Virus record (IMG/VR): IMGVR_UViG_3300027746_000697
Location: 32,001 to 96,000 of that record
DNA length: 64,000 nt
From: a virus
Direction: 5' to 3' (one strand)
The position numbers and the translations under genes are program-made. The stretch's first letter is position 1; every line of letters starts with the position of its first letter. Below are positions 31,042 to 37,709 of the stretch, piece after piece. The notes under the pieces were generated by a model. The model searched no databases, was not told the DNA's origin, and worked only from the letters and a program-made list of their open reading frames with translations.

Positions 31042-31435
31042 TTGTTGTAATCCCTTCAAAACGAAGGCATGTTGGACGAGGGTTCGATTCCCTCCATCTC
31101 CACCAAAAAGGTTTTTAATGGATCAGTGGGACGAGTACTTTCCTCCTTTGAATTTATGGAACTATAGCCTACATTGGCAATGGTTCAATGATCCAATAGA
31201 AGAAGAAAATCTTTCTGATGGGGATGACCAGGTTTCGACAGCGTGAGATAGTAGAGACGGCAACACGATAGGCGATGGACGTAATCCAAGCAAAAACCGT
31301 AAATGCAAACGCAAATACATTTGAGTATTTCAAAGTTCCAGCTTCAGTAGCTTTTTCAGCTAATGATGCAGACTTTGCAATGGTAGCCTAAGAAACTACA
31401 ACTCCGGGGCTGGTTAGCCTTGTAAACCAATAACC
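31042..31435 (+). ncRNA. ssrA: tmRNA, circularly permuted two-piece form
   Basis: T-arm and 3' acceptor strand GAGGG-TTCGATT-CCCTC-CATCTCC-A-CCA (ends 31105) precede 5' strand GGGGATG (31220) with G3:U70; tag frame 31305-31391 ANANTFEYFKVPASVAFSANDADFAMVA*. Confidence 0.88.
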
Positions 31436-31464
31436 AAAAAAGGCACTTTCGAGTGCCTTTTTTC
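31436..31464 (+). terminator. intrinsic terminator after tmRNA
   Basis: AAAAAAGGCACT-TTCG-AGTGCCTTTTTT. Confidence 0.85.
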
Positions 31465-31534
31465 TTGACCTCATGCAATATAGAATATATACTAGTCTTA
31501 GTGACTGACGTCATTATATTAAAAGGAATTAATT

Positions 31535-31987
31535 ATGAAAAAATTAGCAATCGCATCAATGTTGGCCTTGGCCGCATTTTCAGCAAGTGCTGTAGAAGTT
31601 GGCGTTAATGGTAGTTATGATTTTGGCGGTGCAAATGACCGTCCAGGCGCTGGTATTACCATTGGACAGAAATATAACAAATTTGGAATCACTGCTGGCT
31701 TTGATCGTTACACCAAAGGTACTGATCAAAACAAGTGGAACCTAATGGGTTCATATGATGTTGCTACTGTGGCTGGTGCTACTGTTGCAGTCAAAGCTGG
31801 TGCAATGTATATTGACAACACTGGCAGAGTAGCAGACGGCTATGCCGCATTGGTTGGTGCTGGCGTAAGCTACCCACTTAGCAAAACTGTTGCCTTAACT
31901 GCTGATTATCGTTATCAAGCAGGTCAATCGCGTGTAAACACATTTGACGGTAGCACTGTTTTATTTGGTGGCAAGTACTCGTTCTAA
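31535..31987 (+). CDS. outer membrane beta-barrel protein (OmpA/Ail/Lom-like)
   Basis: Signal peptide ASA, alternating beta strands, GAGVSY, C-terminal YSF. Confidence 0.8.
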   Translation: MKKLAIASMLALAAFSASAVEVGVNGSYDFGGANDRPGAGITIGQKYNKFGITAGFDRYTKGTDQNKWNLMGSYDVATVAGATVAVKAGAMYIDNTGRVADGYAALVGAGVSYPLSKTVALTADYRYQAGQSRVNTFDGSTVLFGGKYSF

Positions 31988-32002
31988 TTTAAAAATTAGA
32001 TT

Positions 32003-32028
32003 AAAAAAGGACCTTCGGGTCCTTTTTT
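32003..32028 (+). terminator. intrinsic terminator
   Basis: AAAAAAGGACC-TTCG-GGTCCTTTTTT. Confidence 0.85.
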
Positions 32029-32031
32029 ATT

Positions 32032-32080
32032 ATTAAAAAAATCAATAAGCATTATAGAAATAATTATTGCAAAAATCTAT
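32032..32080 (+). promoter_or_regulatory. OxyR-like operator upstream of rubrerythrin
   Basis: ATTA-N7-CAAT-N7-ATAG-N7-TATT plus ATTG-N7-CTAT abutting TTGACC. Confidence 0.5.
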
Positions 32081-32133
32081 TGACCCACAGGTGTAATAGG
32101 CTATATACTAGTACAAACACACAAGGAGACACT

Positions 32134-32583
32134 ATGTCAATAACATTGAAAAATTTGGAGTCAGCACTTGCTGGCGAGTCTATGGCTCACATCAAGTATC
32201 GTTACTTTGCAAAGATCGCTCGCGAAGAAGGCTTCGAGGATGTTGCAAAACATTTTGAGCACACAGCAGATCAAGAAATTCTACACGCATGGGGCCATTT
32301 GGAACTGCTAGTCGGTAAGCCAACAACCCGCGAGTGCTTGGAGAAAGCTATCGAAGGTGAAACATATGAGTTTACTACAATGTATCCAGAGTTTGAACGA
32401 AATGCCCGTGCCAGCCACAATCATCAAGTTGAACAAGAAATGCAAGGACAAATTGTCGAAAGCAAAGAACACGCAGAAGCATTTAAAGCTGTGTTGGCCA
32501 AGGCAGAAAAACGTTTTTCGGCTTTGAAGCGAGTTGAAGAGCGTCATGCCAATGCTTACAAACAAGTTTTGGAGACACTATAA
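32134..32583 (+). CDS. rubrerythrin
   Basis: NLESALAGESMA..KY.YFA.IAREEG, QEILHA, AIEGETYEFTTMYP, VEERHA; RBS AAGGAG. Confidence 0.92.
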   Translation: MSITLKNLESALAGESMAHIKYRYFAKIAREEGFEDVAKHFEHTADQEILHAWGHLELLVGKPTTRECLEKAIEGETYEFTTMYPEFERNARASHNHQVEQEMQGQIVESKEHAEAFKAVLAKAEKRFSALKRVEERHANAYKQVLETL

Positions 32584-32717
32584 TGGAACACGTATGTATT
32601 GTATGTGGACATGTCCACGATGAAGAGATAGAAGGCCAATGGGAAACATTGCCTAACGAATTCGTCTGTCCAGAATGCGGTGTAGGTAAAGAAGACTACA
32701 TAGAAGTATTATTCTAA
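32583..32717 (+). CDS. rubredoxin
   Basis: CIVCG...WETLPNEFVCPECGVGKEDY; below ORF-track cutoff. Confidence 0.9.
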   Translation: MEHVCIVCGHVHDEEIEGQWETLPNEFVCPECGVGKEDYIEVLF

Positions 32718-32755
32718 ATAAAATGTGTTAAAAAGGCCATATTACCAATATGGTC

Positions 32756-32784
32756 TTGACACAAAGACTAAATAACTATATAAT
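32756..32784 (+). promoter_or_regulatory. sigma70-type promoter P1 of tRNA island
   Basis: TTGACA-17 nt-TATAAT, with a TAAATA motif inside the spacer. Confidence 0.85.
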
Positions 32785-32849
32785 AAGAACATGCACAAGC
32801 AACTGCCTGTGTAAGGTGTTGTAGAAATACAACAAAGAAAGATTTCAAA

Positions 32850-32930
32850 AGTGGTTGACTATGATGCTGAAAGGCATTATAATCAACCACTGAGTGGTTG
32901 ACTATGATGCTGAAAGGCATTATAATCAAC
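32850..32930 (+). repeat. exact 38-bp direct repeat, each copy a sigma70 promoter (P2, P3)
   Basis: AGTGGTTGACTATGATGCTGAAAGGCATTATAATCAAC at 32850-32887 and 32893-32930; TTGACT-17-TATAAT. Confidence 0.85.
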
Positions 32931-32984
32931 ACAAGACACTAGCATTCCGCTAGTAAATTTTAAGAGAGTAAACGAGAACACAAA

Positions 32985-33134
32985 ATGCAATCTTGCAATA
33001 GACATCAACAATTTAATACGATGCCCAAACAGGTAGGCGTTATAGCCTCTTATTGGTTGTCGATTAATGCGGGAAGTCTATCATCATTAGATCGCACACC
33101 AGAGATTCGCAGGGTCCGGGAGACCGTAGTGTAA
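32985..33134 (+). CDS. putative attenuator leader peptide (49 aa, all 20 amino acids)
   Basis: MQSCNRHQQFNTMPKQVGVIASYWLSINAGSLSSLDRTPEIRRVRETVV*; 3' end overlaps the antiterminator. Confidence 0.6.
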   Translation: MQSCNRHQQFNTMPKQVGVIASYWLSINAGSLSSLDRTPEIRRVRETVV

Positions 33135-33198
33135 AGTAAAACATACACCGCAAACTTCAAGGACCCTAGGATTAAAAACCCTGGGGTTTTTTGTTTTT
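33111..33198 (+). terminator. attenuator: mutually exclusive antiterminator and intrinsic terminator
   Basis: Terminator AAGGACCCTAGG/CCTGGGGTTTTT plus U tract (33159-33198); AGGGTCC (33111-33117) is the exact complement of its 5' arm GGACCCT. Confidence 0.7.
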
Positions 33199-33337
33199 AG
33201 ACGCTGAGATTGCCAAGGCAGTCGTTGAAGCAAAGTGTGGAGATACCAGTAACGAGGACTGGGCTAGGCACTATAAACATCTAGCAAACGGGCGGCCTGT
33301 AGGATGAAGCACTTCTTCTAGTGTGAAAAATTACAGC

Positions 33338-33405
33338 GTATTAAAGCATATTCCAAAACTAGAATGTTTAGGGGATAAGGCCACAAGCCGAGTATGCTTT
33401 AATAC
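33338..33405 (+). repeat. TAAAGCAYA-type inverted-repeat cassette A
   Basis: GTATTAAAGCATATTC / GAGTATGCTTTAATAC 16-bp stem. Confidence 0.6.
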
Positions 33406-33470
33406 ACACTCTTCACCTCCGCTTTGAACGCGGTTGACATCATAGAGGGAGAGTGTTACAATTAAAGTAT

Positions 33471-33556
33471 GGAGTAGAAGCATCAATGGTGATGCAGTGG
33501 ACTGTAAATCCGCCGTCGTAATGGCACGCCTGGTTCGATCCCAGGATACTCCACCA
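33471..33556 (+). tRNA. tRNA-Tyr(GTA)
   Basis: Cloverleaf, GTGGA-CTGTAAA-TCCGC, long variable arm, CCA. Confidence 0.9.
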
Positions 33557-33562
33557 AGTTTA

Positions 33563-33637
33563 GGTCTGTTCGTATAGAGGTTATTACTGTGGATTGTCTA
33601 TCCACTTACGGGGGTTCGATTCCCCCACAGACCGCCA
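33563..33637 (+). tRNA. tRNA-Asp(GTC)
   Basis: GTGGA-TTGTCTA-TCCAC; CCA. Confidence 0.88.
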
Positions 33638-33644
33638 ATTTTAT

Positions 33645-33720
33645 TCCGCAGTAGCTCAGTTGGTAGAGTAGATGACTGTTAATCATTTGGTCCCTGGTTC
33701 GAGCCCAGGCTGTGGAGCCA
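33645..33720 (+). tRNA. tRNA-Asn(GTT)
   Basis: GATGA-CTGTTAA-TCATT; CCA. Confidence 0.93.
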
Positions 33721-33779
33721 ATAAAGTAATCAAATATACTAGTTTGTCAATAAATATTGAAATATTTAAGGATTAGTGT

Positions 33780-34526
33780 ATGCTTGATTACGAATGGATG
33801 TTTTATTTTTATTTAATAATATGGTTTATATCTTGCAGTGTTTATGCAATTTACATTCACAGAGCACATGCTCATGGATCAATTACTGTAAGTTCAAACT
33901 TTAGTTATTTTGCTAGAACGTGGTTATGGTACATAGGATTTTGGTATCCTGGTGATTCTGTTCGTTCATTTGTAGCCGGACATAGAAAGCATCATGCTAC
34001 TTCTGATACCGTTGATGACCCGCATAGTCCATTGTATTATAGCAAACAAGAACTGTTCTTTACACAAAAACCGAGTCCAACTAGTCCAGCGTATTATTTA
34101 ACACCTGATGAAATTGAAAAATGGGCATCGGATGTGCCTATATACACGGATTGGTTAGAACACCAATTTGCAAAATATTCTAACTATAGATATCCAGTTG
34201 GCGGAATTTTAGTGTTAATAATGTTTGGAGTTTGGGGACCAGTTGTTGGGTGTTTCCTGTTATTTTTTATACAGATACTCCTTCGGTCACATAATTATCT
34301 AAGTCATACAATAGGTTATCGAAATAGACCAGCAAAAGGTGCTGATCGTTCTCGAAATATATTTCCAATAGGACTGTTGTTTTTTGGAGAAGAACTTGCG
34401 GCAAACCATCATGATGATACCACTAAAGCAAAATTTTCAGAAAAATGGTGGGAATTTGATCTTACATGGGGAATTATCGTGATTTTGAAATTTTTTGGTC
34501 TAGTTAAATTAAACTCTACCAAATAA
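33780..34526 (+). CDS. second fatty acid desaturase-like protein
   Basis: HRAHAH, HRKHH..SDT..DPHSP, GEEL..NHH, WWEFD. Confidence 0.85.
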   Translation: MLDYEWMFYFYLIIWFISCSVYAIYIHRAHAHGSITVSSNFSYFARTWLWYIGFWYPGDSVRSFVAGHRKHHATSDTVDDPHSPLYYSKQELFFTQKPSPTSPAYYLTPDEIEKWASDVPIYTDWLEHQFAKYSNYRYPVGGILVLIMFGVWGPVVGCFLLFFIQILLRSHNYLSHTIGYRNRPAKGADRSRNIFPIGLLFFGEELAANHHDDTTKAKFSEKWWEFDLTWGIIVILKFFGLVKLNSTK

Positions 34527-34534
34527 TATAATAC

Positions 34535-34610
34535 GGGGGTGTAGCTCATTTGGGAGAGCGCCTGCTTTGCAAGCAGGATGTAGCAAGTTCGATCCTTGTC
34601 ACCTCCACCA
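34535..34610 (+). tRNA. tRNA-Ala(TGC)
   Basis: CCTGC-TTTGCAA-GCAGG; G3:U70; CCA. Confidence 0.93.
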
Positions 34611-34615
34611 ATTTT

Positions 34616-34689
34616 CCTCTTGTAGTTAAATGGTATAACAGTCGGCTGATAACCGGCCATTACAAGTTCGATTCTTGTCGAGAGGACCA
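34616..34689 (+). tRNA. tRNA-Ile(GAT)
   Basis: GTCGG-CTGATAA-CCGGC; CCA. Confidence 0.9.
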
Positions 34690-34693
34690 AGTT

Positions 34694-34755
34694 TAGGATA
34701 GCAACAGCAAATTTAAAAACTCTTTTATTGAAAAAAAGCCAAAAATGCTATCCTG
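34694..34755 (+). ncRNA. CAGCA-module RNA copy 1
   Basis: TAGGATAGCA-ACAGCAA...AAAAA-TGCTATCCTG closing stem. Confidence 0.65.
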
Positions 34756-34763
34756 TTTTATAC

Positions 34764-34838
34764 ACTGTCGTCGTCTAGTGGCTAGGACGCTACCCTTTCA
34801 AGGTGGAGAAGCGAGATCGATACTCGTCGACAGTACCA
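34764..34838 (+). tRNA. tRNA-Glu(TTC)
   Basis: CTACC-CTTTCAA-GGTGG; T-loop ATCGATA; CCA. Confidence 0.88.
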
Positions 34839-34845
34839 ATTTTAT

Positions 34846-34923
34846 CTCTGTGTAATGTCAATCTGGTAGACGGCCTGATCTGGAGTCATGAGGATGTACG
34901 TTCGAATCGTACCATGGAGACCA
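34846..34923 (+). tRNA. tRNA-Pro(TGG), atypical anticodon loop
   Basis: CCTGA-TCTGGAG-TCATG (C33, A37); canonical T-arm; CCA. Confidence 0.7.
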
Positions 34924-34928
34924 ATTTT

Positions 34929-35002
34929 GCCCTTTTAGTATAATGGTATTACACCTGTTTTGTAATCAGGTTACGGCAGTTCGATTCTGTCATAGGGCAC
35001 CA
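34929..35002 (+). tRNA. tRNA-Thr(TGT)
   Basis: CCTGT-TTTGTAA-TCAGG; CCA. Confidence 0.85.
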
Positions 35003-35006
35003 AGTT

Positions 35007-35063
35007 TAGGATGCGAACAGCAAATTCAAAAATTCAACTTTTAATTGAAAAATAAGCATCCTG
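35007..35063 (+). ncRNA. CAGCA-module RNA copy 2 (Lys-UUU anticodon-arm mimic)
   Basis: TAGGATGC-GAACAGCAA...TTCAA-CTTTTAA-TTGAA...GCATCCTG. Confidence 0.65.
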
Positions 35064-35082
35064 TTTTATAAAAGGAAATCTA

Positions 35083-35211
35083 ATGGCACACAAGCAACAA
35101 GGTATTCTAACACGCAGTCCCCAATGGTGGAAACATCTTAAGGATTGGAAACGAGTGTTCTGGAAATCAGAACGCCAAGCACAAAAACGAAATATCAACA
35201 AAGGAGAATGA
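35083..35211 (+). CDS. small basic hypothetical protein (42 aa)
   Basis: AAAGGA RBS; MAHKQQGILTRSPQWWKHLKDWKRVFWKSERQAQK... Confidence 0.6.
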   Translation: MAHKQQGILTRSPQWWKHLKDWKRVFWKSERQAQKRNINKGE

Positions 35212-35293
35212 CATGAAACGTGCTAAACGTTAGTGTCATCTTTGACCCCGTATGGTCTTAGATGGCACGTAAAAGAAAATATTTACGATCCAT

Positions 35294-35368
35294 CCACGCT
35301 AAACTTTAGTGGCGAAGTACCCGGCTCTTAACCGGACTAACTGAGTTCGATTCTCAGAGCGTGGACCA
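35294..35368 (+). tRNA. tRNA-Lys(CTT)
   Basis: CCCGG-CTCTTAA-CCGGA; CCA. Confidence 0.85.
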
Positions 35369-35371
35369 TAT

Positions 35372-35446
35372 GGGGGTATAATTCAAAGGCTAGAATAGCC
35401 GGCTTTTAACCGGTCTATCAGGGTTCGAGTCCCTGTGCCCCTACCA
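35372..35446 (+). tRNA. tRNA-Lys(TTT)
   Basis: GCCGG-CTTTTAA-CCGGT; CCA. Confidence 0.9.
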
Positions 35447-35547
35447 TATAAAAACACATTACGGCGTAGGTCCAGAGATAACTTCATACTCGGCCGTAGC
35501 AGGATACAGAAGCAGACCTAAACCTGTTGTATAGTGTGGTTCTATAT

Positions 35548-35622
35548 GGTAACGTAGCATAACGGTCGTGCACCTCCTTCATACGGAGCAAGGTGTGAGT
35601 TCAAATCTCACCGTTACCACCA
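35548..35622 (+). tRNA. tRNA-Met or Ile2 (CAT)
   Basis: CCTCC-TTCATAC-GGAGC; CCA. Confidence 0.85.
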
Positions 35623-35660
35623 AACACAAAAATAAATATTCCACAACAGAGGATATGTGT

Positions 35661-36272
35661 ATGGGTGTACATGGATATTTTTCAACACCAATTTATGATA
35701 GTATGCTTGTGGGCGATGAATTAATTGCTGTACAAGCGGAGTTGGATCAAGTGGTTGCAGATTTGAAAGCAAAAGATTCATTTCAACATAATGAGTCTTG
35801 GTTACCAAACACACATAAATTATCCGACACAACTTTTGCGCAGAATTTATTATTAGATTACAACACTAAACATTTTGTAGATGCTTTGAAATTTCATGTT
35901 TTTGAATATGTAAAAATTTTAGATGTGCCTAAAAATAAAGTTGAGCAATTCAGCATTAGACAGTCTTGGATGACCAACACCGGAAAACACGAGTTTGCAC
36001 ATACACACAATCATGGAAGTGTTGATATTGCAGGCGTGTATTACTACAAAACAAGTGGTAAAGATGGTAATATAAATTTCATGACTCCAGTTTCACAGTT
36101 TTCAACATATCTATTAGAACATCTCCCAAACAACATATCTTACGAGCCTAAAGTTGGCAAGTTCATTTTGTTTCCAGGTTGGATAGATCACGGCGTTCCT
36201 GCAAATTACACAGATGATGAACGCATTAGTATTTCGTTTAATATAAATTTTAAACGTCCAGAATTTTCATAA
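35661..36272 (+). CDS. 2OG-Fe(II) oxygenase (TIGR02466-like)
   Basis: SWM...HTHNH...AGVYY...ILFPGWIDHGV...RISISFN; AGAGGA RBS; the ORF-track start overlaps a tRNA. Confidence 0.85.
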   Translation: MGVHGYFSTPIYDSMLVGDELIAVQAELDQVVADLKAKDSFQHNESWLPNTHKLSDTTFAQNLLLDYNTKHFVDALKFHVFEYVKILDVPKNKVEQFSIRQSWMTNTGKHEFAHTHNHGSVDIAGVYYYKTSGKDGNINFMTPVSQFSTYLLEHLPNNISYEPKVGKFILFPGWIDHGVPANYTDDERISISFNINFKRPEFS

Positions 36273-36274
36273 GA

Positions 36275-36519
36275 TGTTAGTAAAAGACTCAAGGTGTTCG
36301 GAAGTTTCGAAAGAGAAGATATAAAAGGTCGGAAGCCTTTAATATTTGGCAGTTATAAATTGCACTTCAGCCGGGCGGTGGATCAGGGCATACAGTCTGG
36401 GAGATCCTCAAAGGCAAATGACGCTCCATGTTTGCTAGACAAGTAGAGCGCGACTGTATGCCGCGGGTAGCCAAGTTTTCCTTGACAGGGACCAAAACTC
36501 TCAGAGTCTTTTACTAACA
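36275..36519 (+). ncRNA. candidate ~245-nt structured RNA
   Basis: Perfect 16-bp closing stem TGTTAGTAAAAGACTC/GAGTCTTTTACTAACA; internal 11-bp GGCATACAGTC/GACTGTATGCC. Confidence 0.6.
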
Positions 36520-36526
36520 CTTTTAT

Positions 36527-36601
36527 GCAGGATTAATTCAGTGGTAGAATGTCTCGTTGCCAACGAGAATGTCAGGAGTTCGACCCTCCTATCCTGCTCC
36601 A
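36527..36601 (+). tRNA. tRNA-Gly(GCC)
   Basis: TCTCG-TTGCCAA-CGAGA; TCCA end. Confidence 0.9.
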
Positions 36602-36652
36602 TAATATGGCTCCCAGACTTGTTCACATAGTGTCCTCTGGGAGTTTTCTTTT

Positions 36653-36715
36653 TAGGATAGCAACAGCAAACATTAAAAATCTTTTCTTGAAAAAAAGCCA
36701 AAAAATGCTATCCTG
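36653..36715 (+). ncRNA. CAGCA-module RNA copy 3 (Ser-UGA anticodon-loop mimic)
   Basis: Near-identical to copy 1; CTTTT-CTTGAAA-AAAAG. Confidence 0.65.
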
Positions 36716-36724
36716 TTTTATTGT

Positions 36725-36800
36725 TGGGGTGTCGCCTAGTGGCCTAAGGCAACGGTCTTTGAAATCGTCATCATGAGTTCGAATCTCATCTCCCCTGCCA
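36725..36800 (+). tRNA. tRNA-Gln(TTG)
   Basis: ACGGT-CTTTGAA-ATCGT; GCCA end. Confidence 0.85.
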
Positions 36801-36806
36801 AATTAT

Positions 36807-36882
36807 ATCCCTGTGGTGAAATAGGAAATCATCAAACCCTGCGAAGGTTTAGTCTCAGGTTCAACTCCTGATGGGGATGCCA
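36807..36882 (+). tRNA. tRNA-Arg(GCG)
   Basis: AAACC-CTGCGAA-GGTTT; GCCA end. Confidence 0.82.
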
Positions 36883-36888
36883 ATCTAT

Positions 36889-36964
36889 GGTGTCTTTAGT
36901 GTAGTGGCCTGCACCCTGCTCTGTGAAAGCGGTAGTACCGGATCGATACCGGTAAGGCACCCCA
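36889..36964 (+). tRNA. tRNA-His(GTG)
   Basis: G-1:C73; CTGCT-CTGTGAA-AGCGG. Confidence 0.88.
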
Positions 36965-36973
36965 ATTTTTAAT

Positions 36974-37065
36974 GCCAGCGAGACTTGACAGTCAGAGAGG
37001 TTTTATAAACCTTTTAGCGCCAGATTAGCGTTCTTGAGAGGGTTTGATTCCCTCCGCTGGTACCA
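36974..37065 (+). tRNA. atypical tRNA with TAT anticodon (Ile-UAU), long variable arm and minimal D-arm
   Basis: GCCAGCG/CGCTGGT-ACCA; GAGGT-TTTATAA-ACCTT; variable arm AGCGC..GCGTT; T-arm GAGGG-TTTGATT-CCCTC. Confidence 0.7.
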
Positions 37066-37067
37066 AT

Positions 37068-37141
37068 GCTCTTATAGTTAAATGGAAGAACGCCTCTTTG
37101 GTATGGAGGTAATGAAAGTTCGATTCTTTCTGAGAGCACCA
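37068..37141 (+). tRNA. tRNA-Thr(GGT)
   Basis: CCTCT-TTGGTAT-GGAGG; CCA. Confidence 0.85.
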
Positions 37142-37146
37142 AACAT

Positions 37147-37222
37147 GCTACTTTAGCTGATGTGGTCATAGCGGCGGTCTGAAGAACCGTTGAAAGAGGT
37201 TCGATTCCTCTAGGTAGCACCA
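37147..37222 (+). tRNA. tRNA-Phe(GAA)
   Basis: GCGGT-CTGAAGA-ACCGT; CCA. Confidence 0.88.
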
Positions 37223-37228
37223 CTCAAT

Positions 37229-37305
37229 GCCCCAGTGGCGCAATTGGTAGACGCGGCTCTCTCAAAAGGAGTGTGTTCCCCGTTCGAGTCGGGGCTGGGG
37301 TACCA
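37229..37305 (+). tRNA. tRNA-Leu(CAA), short variable region
   Basis: GCTCT-CTCAAAA-GGAGT; 77 nt; CCA. Confidence 0.85.
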
Positions 37306-37323
37306 TATTATTAGGAGATTGAT

Positions 37324-37530
37324 ATGAAAGCAGTTACATTTAAAAATCGTATGAACAATGAACAATTTCTATGTGATGACGTTCGAACTGTTCAGCATAT
37401 TGATGGAGTAGAATATTTACTTGTGCATAAGTTAGCACAAGATAGAAAATTTCTAATGCGTAAAGATGCATTAGAGAAAGTTAATACCGCTGTCGTTCAA
37501 CGGAGAGGACAACACTCTTCTAAAGTGTGA
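37324..37530 (+). CDS. hypothetical protein overlapping tRNA-Arg(TCT)
   Basis: AGGAG RBS; IDGVEYLLV motif; last 45 nt lie inside the tRNA. Confidence 0.6.
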   Translation: MKAVTFKNRMNNEQFLCDDVRTVQHIDGVEYLLVHKLAQDRKFLMRKDALEKVNTAVVQRRGQHSSKV

Positions 37531-37560
37531 ATGAGGGTTCGACTCCTTCCAGCGGTGCCA
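37486..37560 (+). tRNA. tRNA-Arg(TCT)
   Basis: ACACT-CTTCTAA-AGTGT; GCCA end. Confidence 0.88.
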
Positions 37561-37567
37561 AGAATTA

Positions 37568-37642
37568 CGGCCATTGGTGAAATGGATATCATCTCTGTCT
37601 TCGAAACAGAGGGTGTGGGTTCGATTCCTGCATGGCCGGCCA
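37568..37642 (+). tRNA. tRNA-Arg(TCG)
   Basis: TCTGT-CTTCGAA-ACAGA; GCCA end. Confidence 0.88.
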
Positions 37643-37709
37643 TTTAACGGTTGACAACTATAGTAATTGGCAATACAATTAAGTCATGTTTAACCAATGA
37701 AAGAAAAAC

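Noticed and set aside
36602-36645. Theta/HDV-like ribozymes at tRNA 3' ends
   Set aside because: I could not assemble the nested double pseudoknot by eye at this or other trailers; only simple hairpins are evident.
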